The position numbers and the translations under genes were made by a program. From IMG/VR virus record IMGVR_UViG_3300044639_001193, positions 1-64,000 of that record: 64,000 nt of DNA. One strand, given 5' to 3'. The DNA comes from a virus. A model generated the notes under the pieces. That model did not search any database. It was not told the DNA's origin and saw only the letters and a program-made list of their open reading frames with translations. Shown here piece by piece: positions 1 through 9,297 of the stretch. Position 1 is the first letter of the stretch. Each line of letters begins with the position of its first letter.

Positions 1-1
1 T

Positions 2-214
2 GCAACAGCAAACGGCACATACACCGTTGCAACTTCAAGCACCAACTCATTTACTGCAACAGGTACAAACACTGATGTTCTTGCACTTACAGGACTATCA
101 GCAACTGTTGTTGGTCTTGAAGGAACTATCAAGACTCAATCAATTGCAGCAGGAGCAAATACAATCGCTCCAGCAGCAGCAGTAACAATTACACCATTCG
201 CAGCAGCATCATAA
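2..214 (+). CDS. 3' end of an Ala/Thr-rich protein (partial; possibly virion-associated)
   Basis: Open frame from the window edge, ATANGTYTVATS...TITPFAAAS*, ending at TAA 212-214; codon usage resembles the structural genes. Confidence 0.7.
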   Translation, partial: ATANGTYTVATSSTNSFTATGTNTDVLALTGLSATVVGLEGTIKTQSIAAGANTIAPAAAVTITPFAAAS

Positions 215-221
215 TCTAAAA

Positions 222-923
222 ATGGTTAGACCTACAGGCGGACGAGGCACCTCTAGAGGGGTGTCTCGTCCGTCTGCTCAGGAAATGTTAAGAAGTATTA
301 CTTCTAATGTTTTTGGTGATGAGTTCAGCGGTGTGCCTGTTACCGCAACAAAAGCAGAGTTTAAAAATATGAATGACGCTTGGCTAGACAATGATGTTTC
401 TATGGACTACTACGACCCAAAGAAATACGACAATCTTGCTGGTCAAACACAGGCGGTAGATACCCAACTCAGTCGCCAATTTTATGAGGTTATTGGTGTA
501 AACGAATATGTTCCTGGATATGCGGGTCCGCAAAATGAAGAAGACACTTCTCCAGCACCCCTTACTTTAGTTCCAACCTCTACTACGAACCCGCAACGTC
601 CACGTACAGTTGCCGCTGGTTATGATGAGGACGAAGAAAAACTCACCGTTATGTTCCGTGATGGAACTCTTTATAATTATTACGAAGTAGACGCAAGTGA
701 ATGGGCAGCATTTAAAGCAAACCGTTCTAAAGGCGCTATCATTTATCGTATGTTAGATTTTAAACCACGTGGGTATGCTGATGAATCAAGCATGTCTAAA
801 AGTGCACGTGAAGCGTTTTATCGCTATAGTCGTGGTGTTCAAGTTGTTAAAGAAGGTAAGGGTAAAGGGCAAACTAAAGCCACCTATAAAACAGTCTCAC
901 AGGCGGCTAAGAAAAGGAAATAG
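222..923 (+). CDS. KTSC domain-containing protein
   Basis: RTVAAGYDEDEEKLTVMFRDGTLYNYYEVDASEWAAFKANRSKG matches the KTSC pattern (GYD...L.V.F..G..Y.Y..V...W..F....SKG). Confidence 0.75.
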   Translation: MVRPTGGRGTSRGVSRPSAQEMLRSITSNVFGDEFSGVPVTATKAEFKNMNDAWLDNDVSMDYYDPKKYDNLAGQTQAVDTQLSRQFYEVIGVNEYVPGYAGPQNEEDTSPAPLTLVPTSTTNPQRPRTVAAGYDEDEEKLTVMFRDGTLYNYYEVDASEWAAFKANRSKGAIIYRMLDFKPRGYADESSMSKSAREAFYRYSRGVQVVKEGKGKGQTKATYKTVSQAAKKRK

Positions 924-925
924 AA

Positions 926-1324
926 ATGCCAAAGGTGCATAAACTCGGAACAAAGCATTTCTTACAGATAGTTGACCTTCCCGTTGTATGGGGCAATAAG
1001 GTTGTTGTACGTGGGTGGACACAAGAAATAGAAGAACCTTTTCGCACCTCGGAACCTCTTTTGATACGATTACCTAAGTACAAGGCACTAGTCTTAGGTA
1101 AATGGACTGGTAGCAAAACTGAAGAAGAAGCACTCAAATCGGCACTAGAAACACGGGAAGTTACATATGATGATTTTACGGAAGAAGCAGGATGGACAGC
1201 CCCAGACTCGGATAGAGAAGAGAGTGGCGAAGATATCTACGCCAGACTTGATTCAGTGGATGGAACAGTCAATGTACACGATTGGCAAACTTATTACCGA
1301 ATGGCAAAAGAGTCCGAACAGTGA
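926..1324 (+). CDS. hypothetical protein
   Basis: 132-aa ORF with AAAGGA upstream, 2 nt after the previous stop. Confidence 0.65.
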   Translation: MPKVHKLGTKHFLQIVDLPVVWGNKVVVRGWTQEIEEPFRTSEPLLIRLPKYKALVLGKWTGSKTEEEALKSALETREVTYDDFTEEAGWTAPDSDREESGEDIYARLDSVDGTVNVHDWQTYYRMAKESEQ

Positions 1325-1400
1325 TGCACTTTTAGATGAAGTAGAGATGGGTGCAGAAGCATTCTTAGCAATTGCTAGAGAATTGAAGCGTCGCAAATAG
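1167..1400 (+). CDS. small helical protein upstream of TerL (possible small terminase subunit)
   Basis: Amphipathic helical sequence directly upstream of the terminase; overlaps the previous ORF; function inferred from position only. Confidence 0.55.
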   Translation: MMILRKKQDGQPQTRIEKRVAKISTPDLIQWMEQSMYTIGKLITEWQKSPNSDALLDEVEMGAEAFLAIARELKRRK

Positions 1401-1405
1401 TGTGT

Positions 1406-1462
1406 TACAATTTGCCTGCTTCACCTCTCTCTTGGTCTGGCGACGACCCACTTCGGTGGGTC
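1406..1462 (+). promoter_or_regulatory. putative -10 box (TACAAT) and C(UUCG)G hairpin in the terminase 5' leader
   Basis: gtgtTACAAT, then GACCCAC-TTCG-GTGGGTC (1445-1462), then SD AGGAGG. Confidence 0.5.
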
Positions 1463-1482
1463 TAGTCATTTAGGAGGACAAA

Positions 1483-3072
1483 ATGGAAACTTACGATTCC
1501 GATAAGTTTGAAGAGATTAATCCTGAGTTTTATTTGCAGGAAGAACCTCTTCCCGAAGAAGCCTCAGAAGACGAACTAGATGAACTATCTCAACAGTTTG
1601 TTAACAAACTAATAGATAAAATTATGGACTTCTTAAAAGTCCTTGTAGGTCATGATTTGCACCCATACCAAAAACCCTTAGCACGTCGCATCATTGAGTC
1701 TGTAATTATCAATGATGGCGAAGAAATCACAGCACTTGCTTCACGTCAGTCAGGTAAGTCAGAAACTGTTGCTGACACAGTAGCCACACTAATGATTTTG
1801 CTTCCACGTCTTGCAAAGTTGTATCCAGACCTTCTTGGGAAGTTTAAAGGTGGTTTATGGGTTGGCCTTTTTGCGCCTACAGAAGGACAGGTAGAAACAC
1901 TCTTTGGTCGTACTGTTACACGGCTCACATCTGAACGTGCAATTGAAATTATGGGTGACCCAGAAATTGATGATGTTGCAGCACGTGTAGGTGGTGTTAC
2001 ACGACAAATTAAATTAAAGAAGTCTGGCTCCACAATTACGATGATGACTGCAAACCCTCGTGCAAAAATTGAATCTAAGTCTTTCCATTTGATTATCATT
2101 GATGAGTGCCAAGAAGCAGATGACTTCACTGTGTCTAAATCAATTTCACCAATGCTTGCGTACTACGCAGGAACCATGGTTAAAACAGGCACTCCTACAA
2201 CTTCTAAAAACAATTTTTATCGTGCTATCCAAATGAACCGACGTCGCCAAAATGAAAAGGGCAAACGTCAAAATCATTTCCAATGGGATTGGAAAGAAGT
2301 TTCAAAGTACAACGAAAACTATGAGAAGTTCATTAGAAAAGAAATGCTACGTATTGGTGAAGACTCAGATGAGTTTCAAATGTCATATTGCTGCAAATGG
2401 TTACTTGAAAGAGGTATGTTTGTTACTTCTTCTGTAATGGACAAACTTGGTGATACGTCTCAAGAGTTAGTTAAGTCATGGCATAAGACTCCTTGCGTTG
2501 TCGGCATTGACCCTGCACGTAAAACTGACAGCACTGTTGTAACTGTTGTGTGGGTTGACTGGGATAGACCAGATGAGTTTGGTTACTTTGACCATCGTGT
2601 TTTAAACTGGATGGAATTACAGGGAGATGACTGGGAAGAACAGTATTTCCAAATTGTAAACTTCTTAGAGAACTACGACGTCCTTGCAGTTGGTGTAGAT
2701 GCTAACGGTGTTGGTGATGCAGTAGCGCAACGTCTTAAGTTGCTGTTACCTAGAGCAGAGGTTATGTCACTCACCTCTAGCCCGTCAGAACAGTCAAAGC
2801 GTTGGAAGCACTTACAGGCACTAATTCAACGAGAGATGGTTTCTTGGCCTGCTCATGCAAAAACCCGCAGACTTCGTACTTGGAAACGTTTTTACCAACA
2901 AATGGTGGATGCAGAAGTTACTTTTAAAGGTCCTAACTTTTTAGTGGCAGCACCCGATGAAACCTACGCCCATGACGATTTTGTAGATTCTTTGTCTATT
3001 GCTTGTTCATTGACACAGGATTTAGTAATGCCAGAAGTAGTTGCCTCAAGTAATCCTTTTTTTGGCAGTTAA
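1483..3072 (+). CDS. terL: terminase large subunit
   Basis: LHPYQ adenine-binding motif, Walker A SRQSGKS, Walker B LIIIDE, coupling motif TGTP, nuclease motifs VGIDPA and HDDFVDS. Confidence 0.95.
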   Translation: METYDSDKFEEINPEFYLQEEPLPEEASEDELDELSQQFVNKLIDKIMDFLKVLVGHDLHPYQKPLARRIIESVIINDGEEITALASRQSGKSETVADTVATLMILLPRLAKLYPDLLGKFKGGLWVGLFAPTEGQVETLFGRTVTRLTSERAIEIMGDPEIDDVAARVGGVTRQIKLKKSGSTITMMTANPRAKIESKSFHLIIIDECQEADDFTVSKSISPMLAYYAGTMVKTGTPTTSKNNFYRAIQMNRRRQNEKGKRQNHFQWDWKEVSKYNENYEKFIRKEMLRIGEDSDEFQMSYCCKWLLERGMFVTSSVMDKLGDTSQELVKSWHKTPCVVGIDPARKTDSTVVTVVWVDWDRPDEFGYFDHRVLNWMELQGDDWEEQYFQIVNFLENYDVLAVGVDANGVGDAVAQRLKLLLPRAEVMSLTSSPSEQSKRWKHLQALIQREMVSWPAHAKTRRLRTWKRFYQQMVDAEVTFKGPNFLVAAPDETYAHDDFVDSLSIACSLTQDLVMPEVVASSNPFFGS

Positions 3073-3143
3073 ACAACACAAGAGGGTTAAAACGAGAGAC
3101 ACTTTTCTCTGGAATGGCCTTCCATAATCCTTAAGGAGTAAAC

Positions 3144-3539
3144 ATGACAATTTCACCAGCACCTCGCTTTCCAGAGCGTGCACCACACAACTACGAAGTA
3201 AAGGGTGCAGGCAACGAAACACGCCGTGGACCACTTCGTTTTGAAGAAGGTATCGCAACCGATACTGATGTTCCAAATGATTTCCAAAAGGGAATGATGC
3301 AGGGAATGGTTCCTGCAGCAGGTCGCCCTAACCACAATGCAAACGTATTTGAGAAGCCAGCAGCAGAAACTCTTGCTGAGCGTGCTCACGTAGGTTCTGC
3401 TGCGTGGGTAGAAGCACCAACTTTCCTTGGTGAGTTCGCACACGGCACATACAACGACTACTCTGCTCAAACAATTGAGACAGTAGTTCGTTCAGGTGGA
3501 CGCACACAGCGTCAATCTGCAACCGTAGTAAACGACTAA
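3144..3539 (+). CDS. hypothetical protein (head module)
   Basis: Strong SD AAGGAG; biased codon usage; lies between TerL and portal. Confidence 0.8.
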   Translation: MTISPAPRFPERAPHNYEVKGAGNETRRGPLRFEEGIATDTDVPNDFQKGMMQGMVPAAGRPNHNANVFEKPAAETLAERAHVGSAAWVEAPTFLGEFAHGTYNDYSAQTIETVVRSGGRTQRQSATVVND

Positions 3540-3557
3540 TTTAAGCAGACAGCCGAC

Positions 3558-3597
3558 TGGCCTCCACACTAGTGTGGGGGCCATAGGCGGATTTTTT
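3558..3597 (+). terminator. putative intrinsic terminator
   Basis: TGGCCTCCACA-CTAG-TGTGGGGGCCA hairpin with a T-run shortly downstream. Confidence 0.55.
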
Positions 3598-3610
3598 GGA
3601 GGAAAAATAA

Positions 3611-3871
3611 ATGGCAAGTAAACCAGCCAACCCACGATTGTGGAACACCATTGTCGCAATGGCAAAAGCAAAGTACTCCAACTACCCTAACCCAGGCGCA
3701 TCGCACTGGGTGCATAAGAATTATGTTGAAAAAGGTGGTCAGTTTATTGAGACCTCTGAAAAAGACCGTCGTAAAAAGATGGAACAAAAGAAACAAGAAA
3801 ACAAAGCCCAAAAAGAACGCATAACAAAAAAAGAAGATAAACCTTCTAAAAAGGATAAAGGCAAGAAGTAA
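3611..3871 (+). CDS. small basic hypothetical protein
   Basis: GGAGG SD; Lys-rich C-terminus; TAATG overlap with the portal gene. Confidence 0.8.
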   Translation: MASKPANPRLWNTIVAMAKAKYSNYPNPGASHWVHKNYVEKGGQFIETSEKDRRKKMEQKKQENKAQKERITKKEDKPSKKDKGKK

Positions 3872-5607
3872 TGTCATTTCTTGATTTCAGCCCTCCTAGT
3901 TATAGGGCTGCGTCGTCTGATTTAACAATCTCAATTTCTCCCCTTGGGCTTGTTGAACTTGCCGACGAAGAATTTGAAGTACACGGTCCACGATTAAATC
4001 GTTACTCCCTTAACTGGGCAATGTATTTGGGACACCATTGGGGTTATCGCCGTGAGTCAGGCGAAATGCAAATTGCAGTTAACTATTACAGAGCATTCAA
4101 TGACTTCTTAGCACGTTTCGTTTTTGGTAAGGGTGTTCACTTCCGTTCCCCTAAAGCAACAGAAGCAATTATTCCAGACCGCTTAGAGCGCATCTGGGAA
4201 GTAGATAATGACAAAATGCGTGTGCTTCTTGAGATGGCACAGCAAGGCGGAATTACTGGTGACATATTTACAAAGATTGCATACGAAGAACCATGGACAG
4301 ATTCTGCAGGTGGATTCCACCCAGGACGTGTTCGTATTCTTCCTATGAACTCTTCGTTCTGTTTTCCTGAGTTTCACCCACATGACCGCACACGTTTATT
4401 GCGTTTTAAACAAAAGTATCGTTTCTGGGGAACATCTCTAGAAGGTACTCGCCAAGTATTTACTTACACTGAAATTCTTACAGATGACACAATTGAAGAG
4501 TACATCAACGATGAACTCATTGACTCACGTCCTAATCCACTTGGATTAGTTCCTGTAGTCCACATACCTAATGTTCCTGTTTCAGGTTCGCCATGGGGTC
4601 TCGCAGACGCACACGACATCATCACAATAAACCGAGCCTATAACGAGATATCAACTGACGTAGCAGACATCATTAACTATCACGCTTCCCCTGTGACAGT
4701 TATTGTTGGTGCTAAAGCCTCTAACCTTGAAAAGGGCGCAAAGAAGGTTTGGGGCGGTCTTCCAAAAGATGCCCAGGTCTTCAACTTAGAAGGCGGTGCA
4801 CAAGGTATTGACGGAGCCTTGAAGTACCTAGAACTTCTAAAGCGCTCAATGCATGAAATCATGAACATCCCAGAAACCGCACTGGGTCAAGTTCAACCTA
4901 TCTCCAATACATCAGGTGTTGCGCTTTCTATTCAGTATCAGCCATTGATGAATCGTTGGTCACAGAAAGTTGCTCAATACGGTAAGGGCATTGAACGCAT
5001 CAATGAACTTGCACTACGTACTCTTGCATTAAAAGAACCTCAACTTCTTGTGTACGACCCAACCCAAGATGGGCCAATCAAAGAAGGTCAACTAGACCGT
5101 CTTGACCCTAACGACCCAATCACATACCAGAACTATGTGCAGTTCCCACAACCACTGCCATTAGATAAGTTAATTGTTTTGAATGAGATTCAAACTAAAT
5201 TGGGCATGGGCTTAGAGTCCAAAGAAGGAGCCTTGCGTACGCTGGGCGAGGAATTCCCAGAAGAGAAGTTAACTGAGATTCGTGAGGAACTCATCGCTGA
5301 TGCTCAGGCTGATGGCGCCTTACAACTTGTAAAGATTCAAGTCCAGAAAGCAATTATGGACATGACAGGCATGATGATGGGTCCAGACGGAAACTCTGCT
5401 ATCCCAATGCCACCACAGCAATTAGGCGATGGCGATGTTCTAGGTGACGGTATTGAAGGCGCCCCATCAGAAGAAAACGCAAAGAACCCAGATAATTTAG
5501 CAAGCGAACAAGCAAACATGAATGCTGAGTCCGCTATTAGAAACAAACTTGTCACTGAAGCCTACGGAACGAAACTTCCACAACGCAGAGCAGTAGACAA
5601 AGAATAA
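3871..5607 (+). CDS. portal protein (SPP1 gp6-like)
   Basis: Size and position after TerL; NPLGLVPVVHIPN and SNTSGVALSIQY motifs typical of SPP1-like portals. Confidence 0.9.
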   Translation: MSFLDFSPPSYRAASSDLTISISPLGLVELADEEFEVHGPRLNRYSLNWAMYLGHHWGYRRESGEMQIAVNYYRAFNDFLARFVFGKGVHFRSPKATEAIIPDRLERIWEVDNDKMRVLLEMAQQGGITGDIFTKIAYEEPWTDSAGGFHPGRVRILPMNSSFCFPEFHPHDRTRLLRFKQKYRFWGTSLEGTRQVFTYTEILTDDTIEEYINDELIDSRPNPLGLVPVVHIPNVPVSGSPWGLADAHDIITINRAYNEISTDVADIINYHASPVTVIVGAKASNLEKGAKKVWGGLPKDAQVFNLEGGAQGIDGALKYLELLKRSMHEIMNIPETALGQVQPISNTSGVALSIQYQPLMNRWSQKVAQYGKGIERINELALRTLALKEPQLLVYDPTQDGPIKEGQLDRLDPNDPITYQNYVQFPQPLPLDKLIVLNEIQTKLGMGLESKEGALRTLGEEFPEEKLTEIREELIADAQADGALQLVKIQVQKAIMDMTGMMMGPDGNSAIPMPPQQLGDGDVLGDGIEGAPSEENAKNPDNLASEQANMNAESAIRNKLVTEAYGTKLPQRRAVDKE

Positions 5608-5736
5608 AAGAATTCTGATAAAAATCAGAATATAACGAGACAAAAGCATTAAAATGTAATGCAATTATCTCACTATAACCAAGTGATACGCCGCAAGGCA
5701 TTCGGACAACTAGACAAGAAAGATAAGTGAATCCTA

Positions 5737-6498
5737 ATGGATACAGACAACCAAGTAGTAATGGATGAACTGCCAGTAAACTCGGCAAATGCTCCAGAAG
5801 TGAGTGACCAAGTGGGAAAAACTTTTACTGCAGACGACCTTGCAAAGGCTCGTGAGCAAGAAAAGGCCAAGGTCTATCCAAAGATGGAAAAAATGGCTGA
5901 AGAACTTGCTTCATTGAAAAAGCAAGCAGAAGAAGTTGCTGCTAAAGAAGCAGAAAGAACTGCCCAAAGAGCAGCAAAGAAAGCCGAAGAAGTTGCAAAA
6001 GCAAAGCAGAAAGAAGAAGAAGAACTTTCTGTTAAAGAACTCCTATCTAAGAAGGAGCAAGAATTTCAGAGTCAACTTGACAATGAGCGTCTTGAGAGAG
6101 AAAAGGCTTTTGCCCTTCTTGAAAAAGAACGTCAATTTACAGAATTGATGAATTACCGTCAGGGCCGTCTAGAACAAGAGCGTGACAGCATTGTTCCTGA
6201 ACTGATTGACCTGATTCAAGGTAATTCAAAAGATGAAATTGAGCAGAGCATCGCAATGTTAAAAGAGAAATCTTCTAGCATTCTTGCGTCAGCCCAAGCA
6301 GCAATGCAATCCGCAAAGCAGCAAATGGTTGGAGCACGTGTAACGGCTCCAGCATCAGGACCCCTAGATAATGACTCGGAACAATCATCGTACTCGCCCG
6401 ATTCACTTCGGGATATGTCAATGGCAGACTATGCGAAGCAAAGAGCCAAATTACTTGGCAGTGCAGCAAGCAATCGTGGTCAGGGACTGTTCGGTTAA
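5737..6498 (+). CDS. capsid scaffolding protein
   Basis: Glu/Lys/Ala coiled coil between portal and capsid; C-terminal DMSMADYAKQR helix. Confidence 0.8.
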   Translation: MDTDNQVVMDELPVNSANAPEVSDQVGKTFTADDLAKAREQEKAKVYPKMEKMAEELASLKKQAEEVAAKEAERTAQRAAKKAEEVAKAKQKEEEELSVKELLSKKEQEFQSQLDNERLEREKAFALLEKERQFTELMNYRQGRLEQERDSIVPELIDLIQGNSKDEIEQSIAMLKEKSSSILASAQAAMQSAKQQMVGARVTAPASGPLDNDSEQSSYSPDSLRDMSMADYAKQRAKLLGSAASNRGQGLFG

Positions 6499-6536
6499 TC
6501 CCCCCCCTTAACAACTAATGAAAGGACTTGACCTCA

Positions 6537-7667
6537 ATGGCAAGTGCAATTACAGGTACAGGGCAACTCGCTACTGCCCCAACCGCCTACTCAGGCGCTA
6601 ACTCAAGCCTCAACCAGGCTATCCAAACAATCTGGTCAAAAGAAATTTTGTTCCAGGCAATGCCAATTCTTCGTTTTGAACAGTTCGCTGTTAAGAAGAC
6701 TGAACTAGGAGTTGCTCCTGGTCTTCGTGTGAACTTCCTTCGTTACAAGAACTTTGCTGTTGACCCATCACCTCTTACAGAAGGTGTGCGTATGACAACA
6801 AACGCTCTTACAGCAGAGCAGATTGCAATCACAGTTGCAGAACACGGCTACGCAGTAGCAGTTTCTGAACTACTTCTTAACGCATCATTTGATGACGTTA
6901 TGGCATCTGCTTCACGCCTTCTAGGTCGCCACATGGCACAGTACCTAGATGTACAGGCTCGTAACACACTATCTGCAGCAACTTCTGCAGTATTTGGTTA
7001 TGACCGTTCAGGCATCTCAGGCGGCGCCTTCACTAACTACGACGAAGGTACAGCAGGAACAGCAATTTCATCTCTTGATGGTAACTTCAAGTTGACAACT
7101 GCTGCAATCAAGGACGCTGCTCTTACCCTTGCTGGTAAGAACATCCCACGCCTTGGCGAAACCTACGTACAGTTCGTACACCCAAAGCAGTCTCGTGACC
7201 TTCGCTCTAACCCAGAGTTTATTGAAGTCACAAAGTACGCTGCTCCAGGTAACTTCATGCTCGGTGAAATTGGACGTCTATACGACGTAGTATTCATTGA
7301 AACAACACAGGTTAAGAAGTTGGCAATCAACGCTGCTTACACAACCTCAACATCTGTTGGTGTTCCAGCAGACCAGGGAGTTGTGCCTGTTAAGGCTAAC
7401 ACAGCCCCAGGTTCAGGCGGAAACCCAGAGTCTGCAGATTTCACTGCAGAAGCAGGTTACCTAACAACAGCAACTGGTAACGCTGCTGAAGTTTACGAAT
7501 CAATCATGATTGGTGACAACGCATTCGGTCACGCAATCTCACTCCCAGTTGAACTACGTGATGGTGGTGTTCTTGACTTTGGTCGTGAGCACGCTCTTGC
7601 ATGGTACGCAATCTGGGGCCTTGGTGTAATTACAGACCAGGCTATCGTCAAGGTTTACACAAACTAA
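6537..7667 (+). CDS. major capsid protein (N4 gp56-like family)
   Basis: LTEGV, FVHP, GEIGRLYDVVFIET and DFGREHALAWY motifs; strongly biased codons; ATG at 6537 after AAAGGA. Confidence 0.92.
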   Translation: MASAITGTGQLATAPTAYSGANSSLNQAIQTIWSKEILFQAMPILRFEQFAVKKTELGVAPGLRVNFLRYKNFAVDPSPLTEGVRMTTNALTAEQIAITVAEHGYAVAVSELLLNASFDDVMASASRLLGRHMAQYLDVQARNTLSAATSAVFGYDRSGISGGAFTNYDEGTAGTAISSLDGNFKLTTAAIKDAALTLAGKNIPRLGETYVQFVHPKQSRDLRSNPEFIEVTKYAAPGNFMLGEIGRLYDVVFIETTQVKKLAINAAYTTSTSVGVPADQGVVPVKANTAPGSGGNPESADFTAEAGYLTTATGNAAEVYESIMIGDNAFGHAISLPVELRDGGVLDFGREHALAWYAIWGLGVITDQAIVKVYTN

Positions 7668-7673
7668 GACTCC

Positions 7674-7719
7674 GTAGTTGTCTGGGGGACCTACTCCTTC
7701 CTGGTCCCCCAGCCACTAC
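7674..7719 (+). terminator. strong hairpin after the capsid gene (terminator or transcript-stabilising)
   Basis: CTGGGGGACC (7682-7691) pairs with GGTCCCCCAG (7703-7712); the stem extends to GTAGT/ACTAC. Confidence 0.6.
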
Positions 7720-7753
7720 AAAAAATTAAAAACTATTTTAGGAGAAAAACACC

Positions 7754-8125
7754 GTGGCAAATACACCAGTAAGTCCGCTTGACGCAACAGGCCGTGCAGC
7801 GGCTGAAGCAACAAAGAAAAATGCAGAAGAACTTAGAAAGCGCAAAGATGAAATATCTATTGCCGCTCAAGTTGAAGCAGAGAGCATGGAACGGGATGTC
7901 TTTGACCCAAAGCACCCAGATGCTCCGCTTGTTCTAGACGAGATTGAAACCGTTGGAGTATCAACAGCAGGAGATATGGTTGTAATTCGTACCATTACCG
8001 ATGTTGAAGAAATGACTTACGGAGTTGGAAATCACTACACCTTTAAAGCAGGTGTTAAGTACCGAGTTCCATCTAGTCTCGCCAGTTATCTAGAACAACT
8101 TGGATATATTTGGCGGCCTAACTAA
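7754..8125 (+). CDS. hypothetical protein (head-associated)
   Basis: GTG start with AGGAG SD, immediately after the capsid gene. Confidence 0.8.
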   Translation: MANTPVSPLDATGRAAAEATKKNAEELRKRKDEISIAAQVEAESMERDVFDPKHPDAPLVLDEIETVGVSTAGDMVVIRTITDVEEMTYGVGNHYTFKAGVKYRVPSSLASYLEQLGYIWRPN

Positions 8126-8140
8126 GGCTTGTCAACAAAT

Positions 8141-8194
8141 GTCCAACCTCAACTGGTTCCCGCCCTCCTCCCAGTTGGGGTTGGACCTTTTTTT
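8141..8194 (+). terminator. intrinsic terminator
   Basis: 16-bp stem GTCCAACCTCAACTGG/CCAGTTGGGGTTGGAC followed by T7. Confidence 0.8.
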
Positions 8195-8241
8195 AACGCG
8201 TATATTTGAGATGATTGCGCTAATTAGTTTTCGGAGGTTAC

Positions 8242-9297
8242 GTGGCTACACTAACAAACCTTGCAGACCGTCTACGGTCTGAACTTGGTGACCTAGGTAA
8301 ATCTTTTGTTTACCAGTTTGTAGCCGACGGTACTACCAACCGTTATTTACTCCCTTATTCCCCTGTAGATGCCATTAACATGGTCATCTCTGTAGACGGA
8401 ACAGATGTCTCTCCAACCGTAGATGTTGAAGAAACCACTGGGTATATGACCTTTGATACGACTCCTGTAGAAGACGCAACAGTAGTTGTTGTAGGAACTT
8501 ATTTTAGATACTTTACTGTTACTGAAATTGAAAGATTTGTTTGCACTGCTTTTGAGCAACACACTGCAAACCACGCCGATACTTATGGCAGAGCAGTTCT
8601 CTTTGAAACTATTCCTGGGCTAGAAGAATACCCAATAGTTATTTATGCATCTACTTTAGCGCTATACACACTAGCCACAGACGCCTCATTTGACATTGAC
8701 ATCTCTGCTCCAGATGGTGTGACTATCCCTCGTTCTGAGCGTTACCGTCAGTTGATGCAAATGGTTGATATTCGCAAAAATCAATATAAGGAACTTTGTT
8801 CACAACTTGGTATTGGTCTTTATGCTATTGACGTCTTTACTTTGCGTCGCACATCTAAAACTACAAATCGTTATGTACCAATTTATCTTCCTATGGAAGT
8901 TGATGATAGGTCTATGCCAAGACGTGTACGACTTTCTATACCTAGTTATGGAAGTGCGATTGCTCCATCGTCAGTACCTACAAAAGATTTATTCTTATAC
9001 GAAGGTGACGCATTTACTGCAATCCTTGATTTCCCAGACGCATTTGATATAACAGAGTATACTTGGGAATCAAGTATCTCTAATCAAATTGGAAGCGCTG
9101 TATCTATTGTTGACTTTACAATTGAAATCATTACTGGAACAACTGACCAACTTCAAATTTCGTTAACACCAGAACAAACAGATTTACTTCCAGAAAAAAC
9201 TTATTGGGATATTCAAGGAACTTTAATTTCAGATACATCGCAAGTAACAACTTATATGCGTGGAACAATCATCACTACAAGGCAGGTAACTCAATGA
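8242..9297 (+). CDS. putative head-to-tail adaptor/neck protein with C-terminal Ig-like domain
   Basis: Position; N-terminal LADRLRSELGD helix typical of adaptors; beta-rich C-terminal domain (YWDIQGT...TYMRGTI). Confidence 0.55.
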   Translation: MATLTNLADRLRSELGDLGKSFVYQFVADGTTNRYLLPYSPVDAINMVISVDGTDVSPTVDVEETTGYMTFDTTPVEDATVVVVGTYFRYFTVTEIERFVCTAFEQHTANHADTYGRAVLFETIPGLEEYPIVIYASTLALYTLATDASFDIDISAPDGVTIPRSERYRQLMQMVDIRKNQYKELCSQLGIGLYAIDVFTLRRTSKTTNRYVPIYLPMEVDDRSMPRRVRLSIPSYGSAIAPSSVPTKDLFLYEGDAFTAILDFPDAFDITEYTWESSISNQIGSAVSIVDFTIEIITGTTDQLQISLTPEQTDLLPEKTYWDIQGTLISDTSQVTTYMRGTIITTRQVTQ

